The notes: generated by a model not told the origin, from the letters alone. A stretch of DNA of 64,000 nt from Omnitrophica WOR_2 bacterium GWF2_43_52 (GCA_001805445.1 MHGF01000003.1:120429-184428), one strand, 5' to 3'. Shown: positions 49,759-58,920, counted from the first letter of the stretch. Numbers and translations: made by a program.

Positions 49759-49774
49759 AACCTGTTACTACACT

Positions 49775-50422
49775 ATGTATGACCTCCACATCCACTCCTT
49801 ACTAAGCGATGGGGCATTGTTAGCCTCGGAAATCGCCCGGCGCTATGAAGAAAAAGGCTATACGATAATCGCTATTACCGACCACTGCGACTACAGTAAT
49901 ATAAAAGCTGTAACTCAAGCTATCGTAGAATTCTGCGGCCAGTGGCCAAAGAAATCAGCGCTTACCGTCCTGCCCGGAGTAGAACTTACTCACCTGCCGC
50001 TTGAACAATTCCAGCCATTAGCAAGCTTTGCCCGTAAACAAGGAATAAAAATAATAGTTGGGCACGGAGAATCTCCGGTTGAACCGGTCATTAAAGGAAC
50101 AAACAAAGCCGCGCTGATGGCAGATATCAATATCCTGGCACATCCCGGAGCGATTACCAAGGAAGACGCCTTAGTAGCCAAAGAAAAAGGGATTTTCCTT
50201 GAATTAACCGCCCGGCGTGGCCACTCCCAAGGCAATACCCACGTAGCAGAAATAGCGCGAGCAACAGGCGCGAAGCTAGTAATCAATAACGACGCCCATA
50301 CGCCTGAAAACATAATTAGTGCCGCCGAATTAAGGAATGTGGGTGTACAGGCCGGTTTAAGCGAATCAGAAATCAATAGGCTTTACACGGCAGAAAAAGA
50401 GTTTTTGGAAAACATATTGTAA
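49775..50422 (+). CDS. PHP-domain phosphoesterase
   Basis: DLHIHSLLSDG, AITDH, GVELTH, ILAHPG, NDAH. Confidence 0.9.
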   Translation: MYDLHIHSLLSDGALLASEIARRYEEKGYTIIAITDHCDYSNIKAVTQAIVEFCGQWPKKSALTVLPGVELTHLPLEQFQPLASFARKQGIKIIVGHGESPVEPVIKGTNKAALMADINILAHPGAITKEDALVAKEKGIFLELTARRGHSQGNTHVAEIARATGAKLVINNDAHTPENIISAAELRNVGVQAGLSESEINRLYTAEKEFLENIL

Positions 50423-50489
50423 CTTCACTCTTTAAAATTCCCACTCCCTGACGGGGAGAGGGTTAGGGTGAGGGGAAAAGGAGCCCTCT

Positions 50490-50972
50490 ATGCGCAAAAA
50501 CCACACTATCTTTTCTCATCTTTTCGTCCTTCGTCTTTCATCCTTCGTCCTTCTTTCTCTGATAACCGGCTGCACTACAACCTACTCCAGGAAATCAGAC
50601 CCTACGCAAATGCCGGCACTGGAGCCGGCGGCGTTATTAAAATTCCAGGATATTCCTATACCCTCAGGCTTTGCCTTCAGCCCTGATGAGTCCTACGCCT
50701 TTCAGAGCACCAATTTCCGTGCCGGGATTATTACCTATAAAGGAAGGGCAACAGGAGATCAGGTAGTGGCTTTCTTTAAAGAACAGATGCCAATGTATAA
50801 TTGGCATCTGCTCAATATTGTTGAGCACAGCCTGCGTATGCTCAGCTTTGAGAAAGAACAGGAAACCTGCGTAATCACGGTTGATGAAAAAGGAAATAAA
50901 TCCAAAATAACCCTTTCCATTGCCCCAAAATCACAAGGACTAAACCGCAAGATAGACAAGCCCTTTAAGTAA
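50490..50972 (+). CDS. Hypothetical lipoprotein
   Basis: Lipobox ITGC; FQDIPIP.GF, F...MP..NW pattern. Confidence 0.75.
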   Translation: MRKNHTIFSHLFVLRLSSFVLLSLITGCTTTYSRKSDPTQMPALEPAALLKFQDIPIPSGFAFSPDESYAFQSTNFRAGIITYKGRATGDQVVAFFKEQMPMYNWHLLNIVEHSLRMLSFEKEQETCVITVDEKGNKSKITLSIAPKSQGLNRKIDKPFK

Positions 50973-50978
50973 GTGATT

Positions 50979-51332
50979 CCTCCTAAATAGGGCTCCAGCC
51001 TCTACAGCATGGCTTAGCAGAAAGTAATAAGGCTCAGCCTTGGAAAGTTATTTTTACATTCTTAAGGCTGAGCCTTGACATGAAGGACTACTTCCTTAAT
51101 AAGGCTCCAACCTCTGTAGCATGGCTTAGTAGAGAGTAATAAAGGCTCAGCCTTGGAAAGTTATTTTTACATTCTTAAGGCTGAGCCTTGACAGTATGGC
51201 CTTGATAGAATTACCTCCTTAATAAAGCTCCAGCCTCTGTAGCATGGCTTAGTAGAGAGTAATAAAGGCGCAGCCTTGGAAGGTTATTTTTACATTCTTA
51301 AGGCTGGGCCTTGACAGTATGCCCTTGATAGA
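50979..51332. repeat. Three tandem ~112-123 bp units, each with an AAGGCTCAGCCTT...AAGGCTGAGCCTT doublet
   Basis: Units start ~50979, 51091, 51214; shared core ggaaagttatttttacattcttaaggctgagccttgaca. Confidence 0.9.
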
Positions 51333-51370
51333 TTAGTTACGAAGGACGCCGGTATTAAATTACAACTTGC

Positions 51371-51434
51371 AATTTTACAAAATTACAAATTTGTAAAATT
51401 TTCACTTGACAAATGTTCCGGCCTATGATAAAAA
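51371..51434 (+). promoter_or_regulatory. Inverted-repeat operator and sigma70-like promoter upstream of the porin-like gene
   Basis: AATTTTACAAA-8 nt-TTTGTAAAATT just upstream of TTGACA (51406); -10 weaker. Confidence 0.5.
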
Positions 51435-51648
51435 GATAACAACTATAGTATTAGGGATAGCTACAATCTGAAGCTGAGAGGAGGATGATACTAAAAGCGC
51501 TTGATAACTATCTGAAGTCTAATGTTATAGAGGAAAAGGCAGTTTAGAAATTCCCCGCTAAGGCAAAAAATAAGCCTTACGTGCAAATACACAAAAACAA
51601 GAACACATGAGTCCTAATACAATAAACCTAACTAAAGGAGGTAAACAA

Positions 51649-53208
51649 ATGGCTAGACGTTTAAGCGCATTGTTATGCTTAGTCGCCGCAATTAGCTTTG
51701 TGGTAACCCCGGCATTTGCCGCGGTACAGAATGTGAAAGTAAGTGGTGATATCGGTGTAAGCGCAGTTTCACGTAATAACTTAGATCTGGATAAGACAAG
51801 ATCCCTTCATGTGGTAGATGATACAGATTCCAGGAATGACAAACAGGATGATTTTCTATCTATTACCAGGGTAAAGGTAGATGCAGACCTTACTGATAAT
51901 GTTTCAACAAGCGTAAGATTAATTAATGAGAGAAATTGGAACAGAAATGCTGTAAGCGCTGCTGCTGCTGATATAGGAGCCAATAGGAATATTGGTTTAA
52001 ATACTACAGACGAAGCAGAGAATGATAATGATATTGATATAGATTTAGCATCTGTTACCTTAAGAGAATTTTTATACTCACCTCTCACACTGACTGTAGG
52101 ACGTCAGGAGTTACGTTTTGGTAATGGCTGGATTATAGGAGATCCTGATACCAATGGATTAGCCTTAGAATCAGATTTATCAGAGGGCGATTTGAGTATG
52201 CGCAAAGCATTTGATGCCATCCGCGCCAAATTAGATTATAATCCCTTAGTTCTGGATTTAATCTATGCTAAAGTTGTAGAAAATAATACCTCATTAAATG
52301 ATGATACCACTTTGTATGGTATCAATGCGGCATACGAATTAAACCCTGAAACTACTATAGAGGGTTTTTATTTTGCTAAGAAAAGGTCAATCACAGACTC
52401 AGCAGCAGGAACCAGCACCGGCGCAACAAATGTGGACAATGGCTTACCCACTAACTTTGATGCCATAACTGCCGTTGGAGCTACTGGAGTTAAACAAAAA
52501 GATGACGTGGTCAACACAGTAGGTGTCCGCGCTGTAAATAAAAGCGTAAAGAATCTTACCTTGGATGGACAGGTTGCCTATCAGTTTGGAACCTACAATC
52601 CAAAGCTCGACCCCAATGCAAGATTCATCAGCGCGACAAATAAAGCCCTTACAACTCAGAGAAGCGCATGGGGCGCGGAAGTTGTAGCAGTTTACGATTT
52701 AAAAGATGTAATTGCTACATGGGAACCAAGCCTCACCGGAGCCTATGTATTTTTATCCGGCGCTAATAGAGATAGAACAGGTGAACAAACCTACAAAGGA
52801 TGGGATTCCATGTTTGAAGACCAGACTTTTGGCCATCTCATTAATGCCGTATTAGGTTTTTCCAATACGCATTTACTCGGAGTTTCCCTGAAAGCCAAAC
52901 CAGCAACTGACGTAACCGCGAAATTAGATTACGTTACCGGCTGGTTTGTCAAGAAATTCGTGGAAGGAAGACAAGCAAACCTTTCAGGAGTAAGCGGCGC
53001 ACAACAGTTCACAATGAGCAATAAGGCGAACTACGCTCATGAACTTGATGCAACTGTTCTGTATGACTATACAGAAGATGTCCAATTCTCTCTGTTAGGT
53101 GGAATATTGTTTGGAACAGATGCAATAAATGGTAATGAAAGCGTTTATCCCTACAGACAGCAAGCCAACGCTGTAGAGTTAATTGGTTCTATGAAGGTAG
53201 TATTCTAA
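51649..53208 (+). CDS. Outer-membrane beta-barrel protein (alginate-export/porin-like)
   Basis: AAAGGAGG SD, signal peptide (AFA/AVQ), LTVGRQEL.FG, FDAIR, terminal Phe, own terminator. Confidence 0.8.
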   Translation: MARRLSALLCLVAAISFVVTPAFAAVQNVKVSGDIGVSAVSRNNLDLDKTRSLHVVDDTDSRNDKQDDFLSITRVKVDADLTDNVSTSVRLINERNWNRNAVSAAAADIGANRNIGLNTTDEAENDNDIDIDLASVTLREFLYSPLTLTVGRQELRFGNGWIIGDPDTNGLALESDLSEGDLSMRKAFDAIRAKLDYNPLVLDLIYAKVVENNTSLNDDTTLYGINAAYELNPETTIEGFYFAKKRSITDSAAGTSTGATNVDNGLPTNFDAITAVGATGVKQKDDVVNTVGVRAVNKSVKNLTLDGQVAYQFGTYNPKLDPNARFISATNKALTTQRSAWGAEVVAVYDLKDVIATWEPSLTGAYVFLSGANRDRTGEQTYKGWDSMFEDQTFGHLINAVLGFSNTHLLGVSLKAKPATDVTAKLDYVTGWFVKKFVEGRQANLSGVSGAQQFTMSNKANYAHELDATVLYDYTEDVQFSLLGGILFGTDAINGNESVYPYRQQANAVELIGSMKVVF

Positions 53209-53226
53209 TAGCTTCAAATCTACCAT

Positions 53227-53264
53227 AAAAAACCCTCAGGGGAGCAATCCCTTGAGGGTTTTTT
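53227..53264 (+). terminator. Rho-independent terminator
   Basis: aaaaaaccctcaggggagcaatcccttgagggtttttt. Confidence 0.9.
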
Positions 53265-53277
53265 AGTATCCTCCTTT

Positions 53278-53328
53278 CCGGAGGCTCCGCCTCCGGTTAT
53301 TGGAGACGATCGGAGGCGGAGCCTCCGG
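53278..53328. repeat. REP doublet upstream of the Y1 transposase
   Basis: ccggaggctccgcctccgg (53278) and its inverse cggaggcggagcctccgg (53311); further copies at 53505 and 54017. Confidence 0.9.
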
Positions 53329-53335
53329 AAAAGAA

Positions 53336-54049
53336 ATGAGAAAAACAACCTTCGCAACAGACTGTTATTATCATATATATAACCGCGGAGTTGAAAAAAG
53401 AGTAATATTCCAAGGAAATAAGGATTATAAGCGTTTCCTTTTAGGATTAGAAGAATTTAACACCTCGCTCCCGACAGAAATTAGAAGTATCCAACTCCCC
53501 AAAACGGAGGCGGAGCCTCCGGAAAAATTAGTTGAAATTGTATGTTTTTGCTTAATGCCTAATCACTATCACTTAATAATAAAACAAACTGTCAGTAACG
53601 GTATTACTCAGTTTATGCATAAATTGGGCACGGGCTACGCAATGTATTTTAATAAAAAGTGGAAAAGAAGCGGAATATTATTTGAGGGCAATTTCAAAGC
53701 TAAGCTTATAGAAACTGACGAATATCTTCTGCATTTATCAAGATATATCCATCTTAACCCTGTAGATATGATAAATTCCCACTGGAAAGAAGATGGAATC
53801 AAAGATACTAATAGAGTTAAAAAATTTCTTTTAGGCTACTACTGGTCAAGTTATCCGATATACATTAAAAAACTTACTTCTCACCTTATTTCCACTGAAC
53901 AAATAGAGAAAATAATTACAAACGTACCTAATTACGAACACTTTACCTTAAGTTACACCTCGAAGGATATAGCTACCTTAATGCCTTTAACATTAGAAAC
54001 TCCTGTTCCCGTCCACCCGGAGGCGGAGCCTCCGGAGGATGACCTATGA
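53336..54049 (+). mobile_element. REP-associated tyrosine transposase (RAYT, HUH Y1 family)
   Basis: YYHIYNRG, FCLMPNHYHL (HUH), RSG.LFEG.F, YIHLNPV, Y.WSSY; flanked by REPs. Confidence 0.9.
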
Positions 54050-55596
54050 TCTATCTTGCTTTTGTCTGGCATATGCACCAGCCGTATTACCGTGACCTTA
54101 TCACGGGGCAATTGCACCTGCCTTGGGTGCGCCTGCACGGTATCAAGGATTACCTAGATATGGTCAAAATCCTTGAGCATTACCCGAAAATCCGCCAAAC
54201 CTTTAACCTCGTGCCTTCACTAATCGAACAAATCCAAGCCTATTGTGACGGCGCGCAGGATACCTATCAGATACTGAGCTACAAAAAAGCTTCCGACTTA
54301 ACTCACGATGAAAAACATTTTATCAAAGACCACTTTTTCTCAGCGCACCCGGATAATATTATCGCCGTAAGCCCACGGTATCATCACTTATACCTCCAGA
54401 AAGCATCTCATAAAGACTTTAGCCAGCAGGATTACCTCGATCTCCAGACCTGGTTTAACTTAGCCTGGTTTGACCCCTACTGCAAGAAAAACAACCCGGA
54501 ATTAAGAAAAATAATCGCAAAGGCAAGGCATTTTAGCGAAGAAGACAAGCTCATCGTCTTACACGAACAGATAGAAACGTTAAAAGAAATTATCCCTACC
54601 TATAAAGAATTTCAGGAAAAGGGGCAGATTGAGGTTACGACAACTCCGTATTATCATCCCATAACTCCGCTTTTGTATAATACAAATATTGCCAAAGAAG
54701 CTAACCGCTCAACAAGCCTGCCTGGAGTAAACTTCAGCTACCCTGAAGACGCGCGCGCTCAGATACAGCAGGCTGTCGCACTCTATACCAAGGCTTTTGG
54801 AAGGCCGCCGGAGGGGATGTGGCCGTCTGAGGAGGCAGTGAGCGAGCACATCATCCCATTCTTTATAGAATCGGGAATCAAATGGATCGTAGCGGATGAA
54901 GAAATACTTTTTAGATCGCTTAAGAAAAAGCGCTCTGCCGAGCTTCTCTATAAAGCGCATACTTTAAAGCGTAAAGACGGAAACCTGGCTGGCTTATTCC
55001 GTGACCGCAATCTTTCCGATTTAATCGGTTTCATGTATCATAAAATGACAGAGCATGCCGCGGTTGCTGACTTTATCGGACATCTCCATACTATCGCGAA
55101 AGCCTTTAAGGAAAAGGACTGCTTAATAACTATTGCCATGGACGGGGAAAATGCCTGGGAATACTACCGCAATGACGGATGGGATTTCCTCTCACATCTC
55201 TATAAATGCTTAAGCGAGGATAAACTTATTCAAACCGTAACAGTGAGCGAGTACCTGACAAAGTTTCCTCCAGATTCAAATATAGCGCGTATCAGCGCGG
55301 GCTCATGGATTTACGGTAATTTCAATAAGTGGATGGGCCAGGAGCAAAAGAATAAAGCCTGGGAATACCTGGCTTTAGCCCGCAAGGAATTGGAGCCCTC
55401 AGCTTTTGACTCTCAGCTTTCCGCGGAAAATTTGGAAATGGCATGGAAACAAATCTACATCTGCGAAGGCAGCGACTGGTTTTGGTGGTACGGCGACAAT
55501 AACGATGATTTCGACCGCCTCTATCGAAAACACCTCTCAAATTTTTATACCTTCCTAGGAAAAAAAATTCCAGAATATTTGACAAAACCTATATAG
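54046..55596 (+). CDS. Glycoside hydrolase family 57 (amylopullulanase-like)
   Basis: WHMHQPYY, PYYHPI, GMWPSE (nucleophile), MDGENAWE (acid/base), EGSDWFWW. Confidence 0.95.
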   Translation: MIYLAFVWHMHQPYYRDLITGQLHLPWVRLHGIKDYLDMVKILEHYPKIRQTFNLVPSLIEQIQAYCDGAQDTYQILSYKKASDLTHDEKHFIKDHFFSAHPDNIIAVSPRYHHLYLQKASHKDFSQQDYLDLQTWFNLAWFDPYCKKNNPELRKIIAKARHFSEEDKLIVLHEQIETLKEIIPTYKEFQEKGQIEVTTTPYYHPITPLLYNTNIAKEANRSTSLPGVNFSYPEDARAQIQQAVALYTKAFGRPPEGMWPSEEAVSEHIIPFFIESGIKWIVADEEILFRSLKKKRSAELLYKAHTLKRKDGNLAGLFRDRNLSDLIGFMYHKMTEHAAVADFIGHLHTIAKAFKEKDCLITIAMDGENAWEYYRNDGWDFLSHLYKCLSEDKLIQTVTVSEYLTKFPPDSNIARISAGSWIYGNFNKWMGQEQKNKAWEYLALARKELEPSAFDSQLSAENLEMAWKQIYICEGSDWFWWYGDNNDDFDRLYRKHLSNFYTFLGKKIPEYLTKPI

Positions 55597-55606
55597 TGTG
55601 TATAAT
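55579..55606 (+). promoter_or_regulatory. Sigma70 promoter upstream of the CBM-like and ParA-CBM48 genes
   Basis: TTGACA-16 nt-TATAAT. Confidence 0.65.
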
Positions 55607-55678
55607 ATAAAAATATACACAATATTTTGCGTCTGAACACAAGAAAAACATTGACAAAAGAAAGTTTTCTGCTATAAA

Positions 55679-56263
55679 ATGGAAAAGAAGGAAGTATACG
55701 ATTATTTAGCAAAAATATATTTGGATAAGCAGCCTGCCGCGAAGATAGTAAGGAAGGCGCCTGAACCAAGTAAAAAATATATAACGTTCATTCTCATAGC
55801 GCTCGGTATCGCGATCGTCAGCGCGGGAGCCTTTCTAAAATACCAGATACGCTTTTTTAAGCCTAAGGCATTTGGCCTTTATGTGGCAACCGGCAGCGAG
55901 CTCATCAAACTCAAGTACAACTTTAACAACTCAAGCACTAAAAAAGAAGGCTATAGTGTTACCTTATCGGACATCAACGCGCAGGATTACCAACACCTAC
56001 AATTTCAGGCACGTTCGCTTACCGACGACCCGGGAATAAAGATACGAGTAGAGGTTGAGAATAATCTAAAAGAGAATGCCTTTAGCTACATTGATGGAGT
56101 AAGCGGCGCGTGGAAGGAATTCACCCTGAAGTTAAGCGATTTTAAGGGATTAACGCGCTGGGATAACGTAAACAAAATATCGTTTATCATTGAGGAATGG
56201 AACGTTGTGGGAAAGGAAAATAGTGTTTTCATAGACGAGATAAGGCTAATCAAAAAAAAGTAG
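55679..56263 (+). CDS. Single-TM protein with a probable carbohydrate-binding beta-sandwich (CBM11/CIA30-like)
   Basis: TM aa ~35-53; WKEF.L.LSDF, WD.V..ISF, FIDEIRL pattern. Confidence 0.65.
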   Translation: MEKKEVYDYLAKIYLDKQPAAKIVRKAPEPSKKYITFILIALGIAIVSAGAFLKYQIRFFKPKAFGLYVATGSELIKLKYNFNNSSTKKEGYSVTLSDINAQDYQHLQFQARSLTDDPGIKIRVEVENNLKENAFSYIDGVSGAWKEFTLKLSDFKGLTRWDNVNKISFIIEEWNVVGKENSVFIDEIRLIKKK

Positions 56264-56276
56264 GAGGGAAAACTAT

Positions 56277-57365
56277 ATGAGAATAATCTCAATAGCCAAT
56301 CAAAAAGGAGGCTGCGGGAAAACTACCACAGCCGTAAACTTAGGCGCGGCATTAGCCAGTAACAACCGTAAAGTGCTTTTGATTGACTTTGACCCTCAAG
56401 CCCATGCAACCGTCGGGCTCAACGTCCAGGCAAAGATAAGCATCTACAATTGCCTTTCTAAACTCTCCCCGGAAAAAGCAACGTTACAGGATATCATCGT
56501 CAATATTGATAATAACTTTGATTTAGCCCCCTCAAACATTATCCTCACCACTCTGGAGCAGGAACTGGCCAATGAAATAGGCAGGGAAAACCACCTCCAG
56601 GATACGCTTTCCGCCTTTAAAAACGACTACGACTATATTCTTATAGATTGCCCGCCCAATTTAGGCATCCTAACGGTAAATGCCATATGCGCGTCGAATG
56701 AAGTTATCATCCCTGTTGAGCCAAGCCGCTTCTCAGTAGAGGGCCTAAGCCGGCTAATAGATATCATTGACCTTATCCAGAACCGCCTTAACCATACCGT
56801 AAGCCACAATGTCCTGGTAACCATGTTTGATTCCCGATTGAAATACGCCTTTAGAATATTAGCAGAGCTCAGAAGCAAATTCAGGGAATGTATGTTTTCT
56901 ACCATAATCCACGTCAATGTCAAACTCAAAGAATCACAGAGTTCAGGTTCTTCGGTCATGGGTTTTGACAAATATAGCAGAGGCGCTAAAGATTACTTCA
57001 GCTTAGCAAAAGAGATGCTGAGCATGGGAAAACAAGTGGAAAAGGGGACAGAGTTTGTGGTTTCCAAAAAAATGCGAGAGCTCGTTAGTGCCCATCTGCC
57101 GAAATTAAATAAAGTCACACTAAAACTTGACTTTCCTGGTGCCAAAGAGGTTTATATCGCCGGAGATTTCAACAACTGGTCAAAAGACCCGAGTTCCGCG
57201 ATGATTGGCACTAATGGCAGCTGGAACAAACGCCTTAGCCTTAAACCCGGCCAATACCACTACCGTTTCGTTGTTGACGGGAATTGGATAACTGATCCCG
57301 GGAATCCCTTGCAAGAGAAAAACCCTTACGGGGAATATGACTCTCTTTTAAAAATAGGTGCCTAA
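56277..57365 (+). CDS. ParA/Soj-family ATPase fused to a C-terminal CBM48 (AMPK-beta-like glycogen-binding) domain
   Basis: ANQKGGCGKTT, IDFDPQAHAT, IDCPPNLG; then AKEVYIAGDFNNW, PGQYHYRFVVDGNWITDP. Confidence 0.92.
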   Translation: MRIISIANQKGGCGKTTTAVNLGAALASNNRKVLLIDFDPQAHATVGLNVQAKISIYNCLSKLSPEKATLQDIIVNIDNNFDLAPSNIILTTLEQELANEIGRENHLQDTLSAFKNDYDYILIDCPPNLGILTVNAICASNEVIIPVEPSRFSVEGLSRLIDIIDLIQNRLNHTVSHNVLVTMFDSRLKYAFRILAELRSKFRECMFSTIIHVNVKLKESQSSGSSVMGFDKYSRGAKDYFSLAKEMLSMGKQVEKGTEFVVSKKMRELVSAHLPKLNKVTLKLDFPGAKEVYIAGDFNNWSKDPSSAMIGTNGSWNKRLSLKPGQYHYRFVVDGNWITDPGNPLQEKNPYGEYDSLLKIGA

Positions 57366-57393
57366 GCTCTTCGCGCAATGAGCTTTCCTAACC

Positions 57394-58065
57394 ATGCACA
57401 CCTTTGAGGCCATTAAGAACAGGCGTTCAATAAGAGAATTCACCCGTCAAGAAATAACCAAAGAAAACTTAGAGAAACTCATTGAAGCCGCGCGCCTGGC
57501 GCCTACTGCTCGTAATGAACAGCCATGGGAATTTGTCGTTATTACCAATCAGGCAGTAAAACAAAAGATATCCCAGATAACTGACCCTAATGGCCTCTTT
57601 ATCAGCAGCGCCGCGGCAGCTATCGTGGTTTTCTGCCTTAACAGCAAATATTATCTTGAGGATGGCTCTGCCGCGACCGAAAACATCCTTATCCAAGCCT
57701 CTGACTTAGGAATAGGCTCCTGCTGGGTAGCTGGTGATAAAAAACCTTACTGTGACAAGGTAAAACAGCTGCTTAAGGTTACTGATAAATACAAGCTCAT
57801 CAGCATCATTGCCTTAGGATACCCCCAGCAAAGCCCTGGCCCTATTGAAAAACGCGCGATAAAAGACGTAGTGCATTGGGAAGCATTTTTAACAAAAACG
57901 TTGTATCAGAAAGAGTTTAAGGGAAACAATGGCAAATCTAAAAAAAGCAAGCCTAAAGAAAAAAATAGTAAAAAAACCGGTGAAAGCTGTCAGAAAACCA
58001 AAAACGCCAGCCCCAAAACTATTAAAAAACAAAAAAGCAGCAAAGGCTTCTTCACCCAAGGCTAA
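57394..58065 (+). CDS. Nitroreductase family protein; tail after ~57892 probably frameshift read-through
   Basis: RRSIREF, APTARNEQPWEF, LGIGSCW, IALGYP, VVHWEAF. Confidence 0.88.
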   Translation: MHTFEAIKNRRSIREFTRQEITKENLEKLIEAARLAPTARNEQPWEFVVITNQAVKQKISQITDPNGLFISSAAAAIVVFCLNSKYYLEDGSAATENILIQASDLGIGSCWVAGDKKPYCDKVKQLLKVTDKYKLISIIALGYPQQSPGPIEKRAIKDVVHWEAFLTKTLYQKEFKGNNGKSKKSKPKEKNSKKTGESCQKTKNASPKTIKKQKSSKGFFTQG

Positions 58066-58318
58066 AAAAGAAACCAGTATTATTATCGGGAAGATTGTCC
58101 ATTATTTTCCCCATGTCAAAGCAGGCGTCGTCAAGCTTAAACATCCCATAACCGTAGGCGATACAGTCAGAATCAAAGGGCACACTACTGATTTCACCTA
58201 TGCCATAAGTTCCATACAAATAGACCGCGCCCCACTACAAAAAGCAAAAAAAGGCCAAGAAATAGGCCTCTTAGTCACATCCAGAGTAAGAAGAGGCGAC
58301 AAAATCTACAAACTCTAA
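57929..58318 (+). CDS. Small EF-Tu domain II-like beta-barrel protein with Lys-rich N-terminus
   Basis: IGKIVHYF.HV.AGV, GD..RIKGHTTDF, SIQI, VR.GD.IY. Confidence 0.75.
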   Translation: MANLKKASLKKKIVKKPVKAVRKPKTPAPKLLKNKKAAKASSPKAKKETSIIIGKIVHYFPHVKAGVVKLKHPITVGDTVRIKGHTTDFTYAISSIQIDRAPLQKAKKGQEIGLLVTSRVRRGDKIYKL

Positions 58319-58327
58319 CCCCTCACC

Positions 58328-58677
58328 AATTCAACCTCGTAGGTTGAATTTCGGGGAAGGAAAGGGATATAAGTATGCAATGGGAAGATATCGCAAAAAA
58401 GGCAATAAACTTAAATATTACGCATCCTGAACGATACTCTAAGACAGACCTCATTAAAACAATCCAAAAGAAAGAAGGTAATTATGATTGCTATAACTCT
58501 AATAATTACCAATGCCCCCAATTAGCCTGCTGTTGGCGAACTGATTGCCTCAAGCAATAAAGAATTCCTCTAAACACCCTAAAATCAACTAATTCCCCTT
58601 AAATCACCCCACATCCTAAAACAACCTCGTAGGTTGATTTTTTTACCGTCGATGTTTTTCCGCAACCTCCGCGGTTG
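58328..58677. repeat. Three CAACCT-N3-(A/C)GGTTG palindromes (58328, 58622, 58663)
   Basis: aattcaacctcgtaggttgaatt; caacctcgtaggttg; caacctccgcggttg. Confidence 0.75.
58375..58560 (+). CDS. Small SAP/Rho-N-like protein with Cys-rich tail
   Basis: K.DLIKTIQKKEGNYDCY, CPQ..CCWR.DC; SD upstream. Confidence 0.75.
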   Translation: MQWEDIAKKAINLNITHPERYSKTDLIKTIQKKEGNYDCYNSNNYQCPQLACCWRTDCLKQ

Positions 58678-58869
58678 ATTTTAGGGGGAGGGGTGTTTAT
58701 GTTTTGCAACGTAGAGCTAACTTGTTGTTTTTTAGTAGGTTAGAGTAATATGAATATTTAGCACGCTAGACTATAAAATTTAGGATGTTTATATTCATCA
58801 ACAAGTCCCTTTCAGGGAGGCTGTATAGGAGCTTTCATCGTAAAAAAATATATTATTTAATCTGTTTAT

Positions 58870-58882
58870 TATCAACTAGTTA
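58870..58882 (+). promoter_or_regulatory. IHF-binding site
   Basis: TATCAACTAGTTA matches WATCAANNNNTTR; AT tract upstream; just upstream of the sigma54 site. Confidence 0.6.
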
Positions 58883-58920
58883 CGGATTGAAATGTACTAT
58901 TTTGTAATATTTTTTACTTT

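Noticed and set aside
50979-51332. Possible CRISPR array
   Set aside because: Units are ~120 bp and similar throughout, with no unique spacers and no cas genes
49612-54049. Genomic island integrated at tRNA-Arg
   Set aside because: No integrase and no duplicated tRNA 3' end noticed; neighbours look chromosomal
55651-55680. Second TTGACA/TATAAA promoter for the 55679 gene
   Set aside because: Its -10 abuts the ATG, so the transcript would start inside the gene; the 55579 promoter fits better
56277-57365. Chromosomal parAB locus
   Set aside because: No parB follows, no parS palindrome noticed, and the protein has a CBM48 tail
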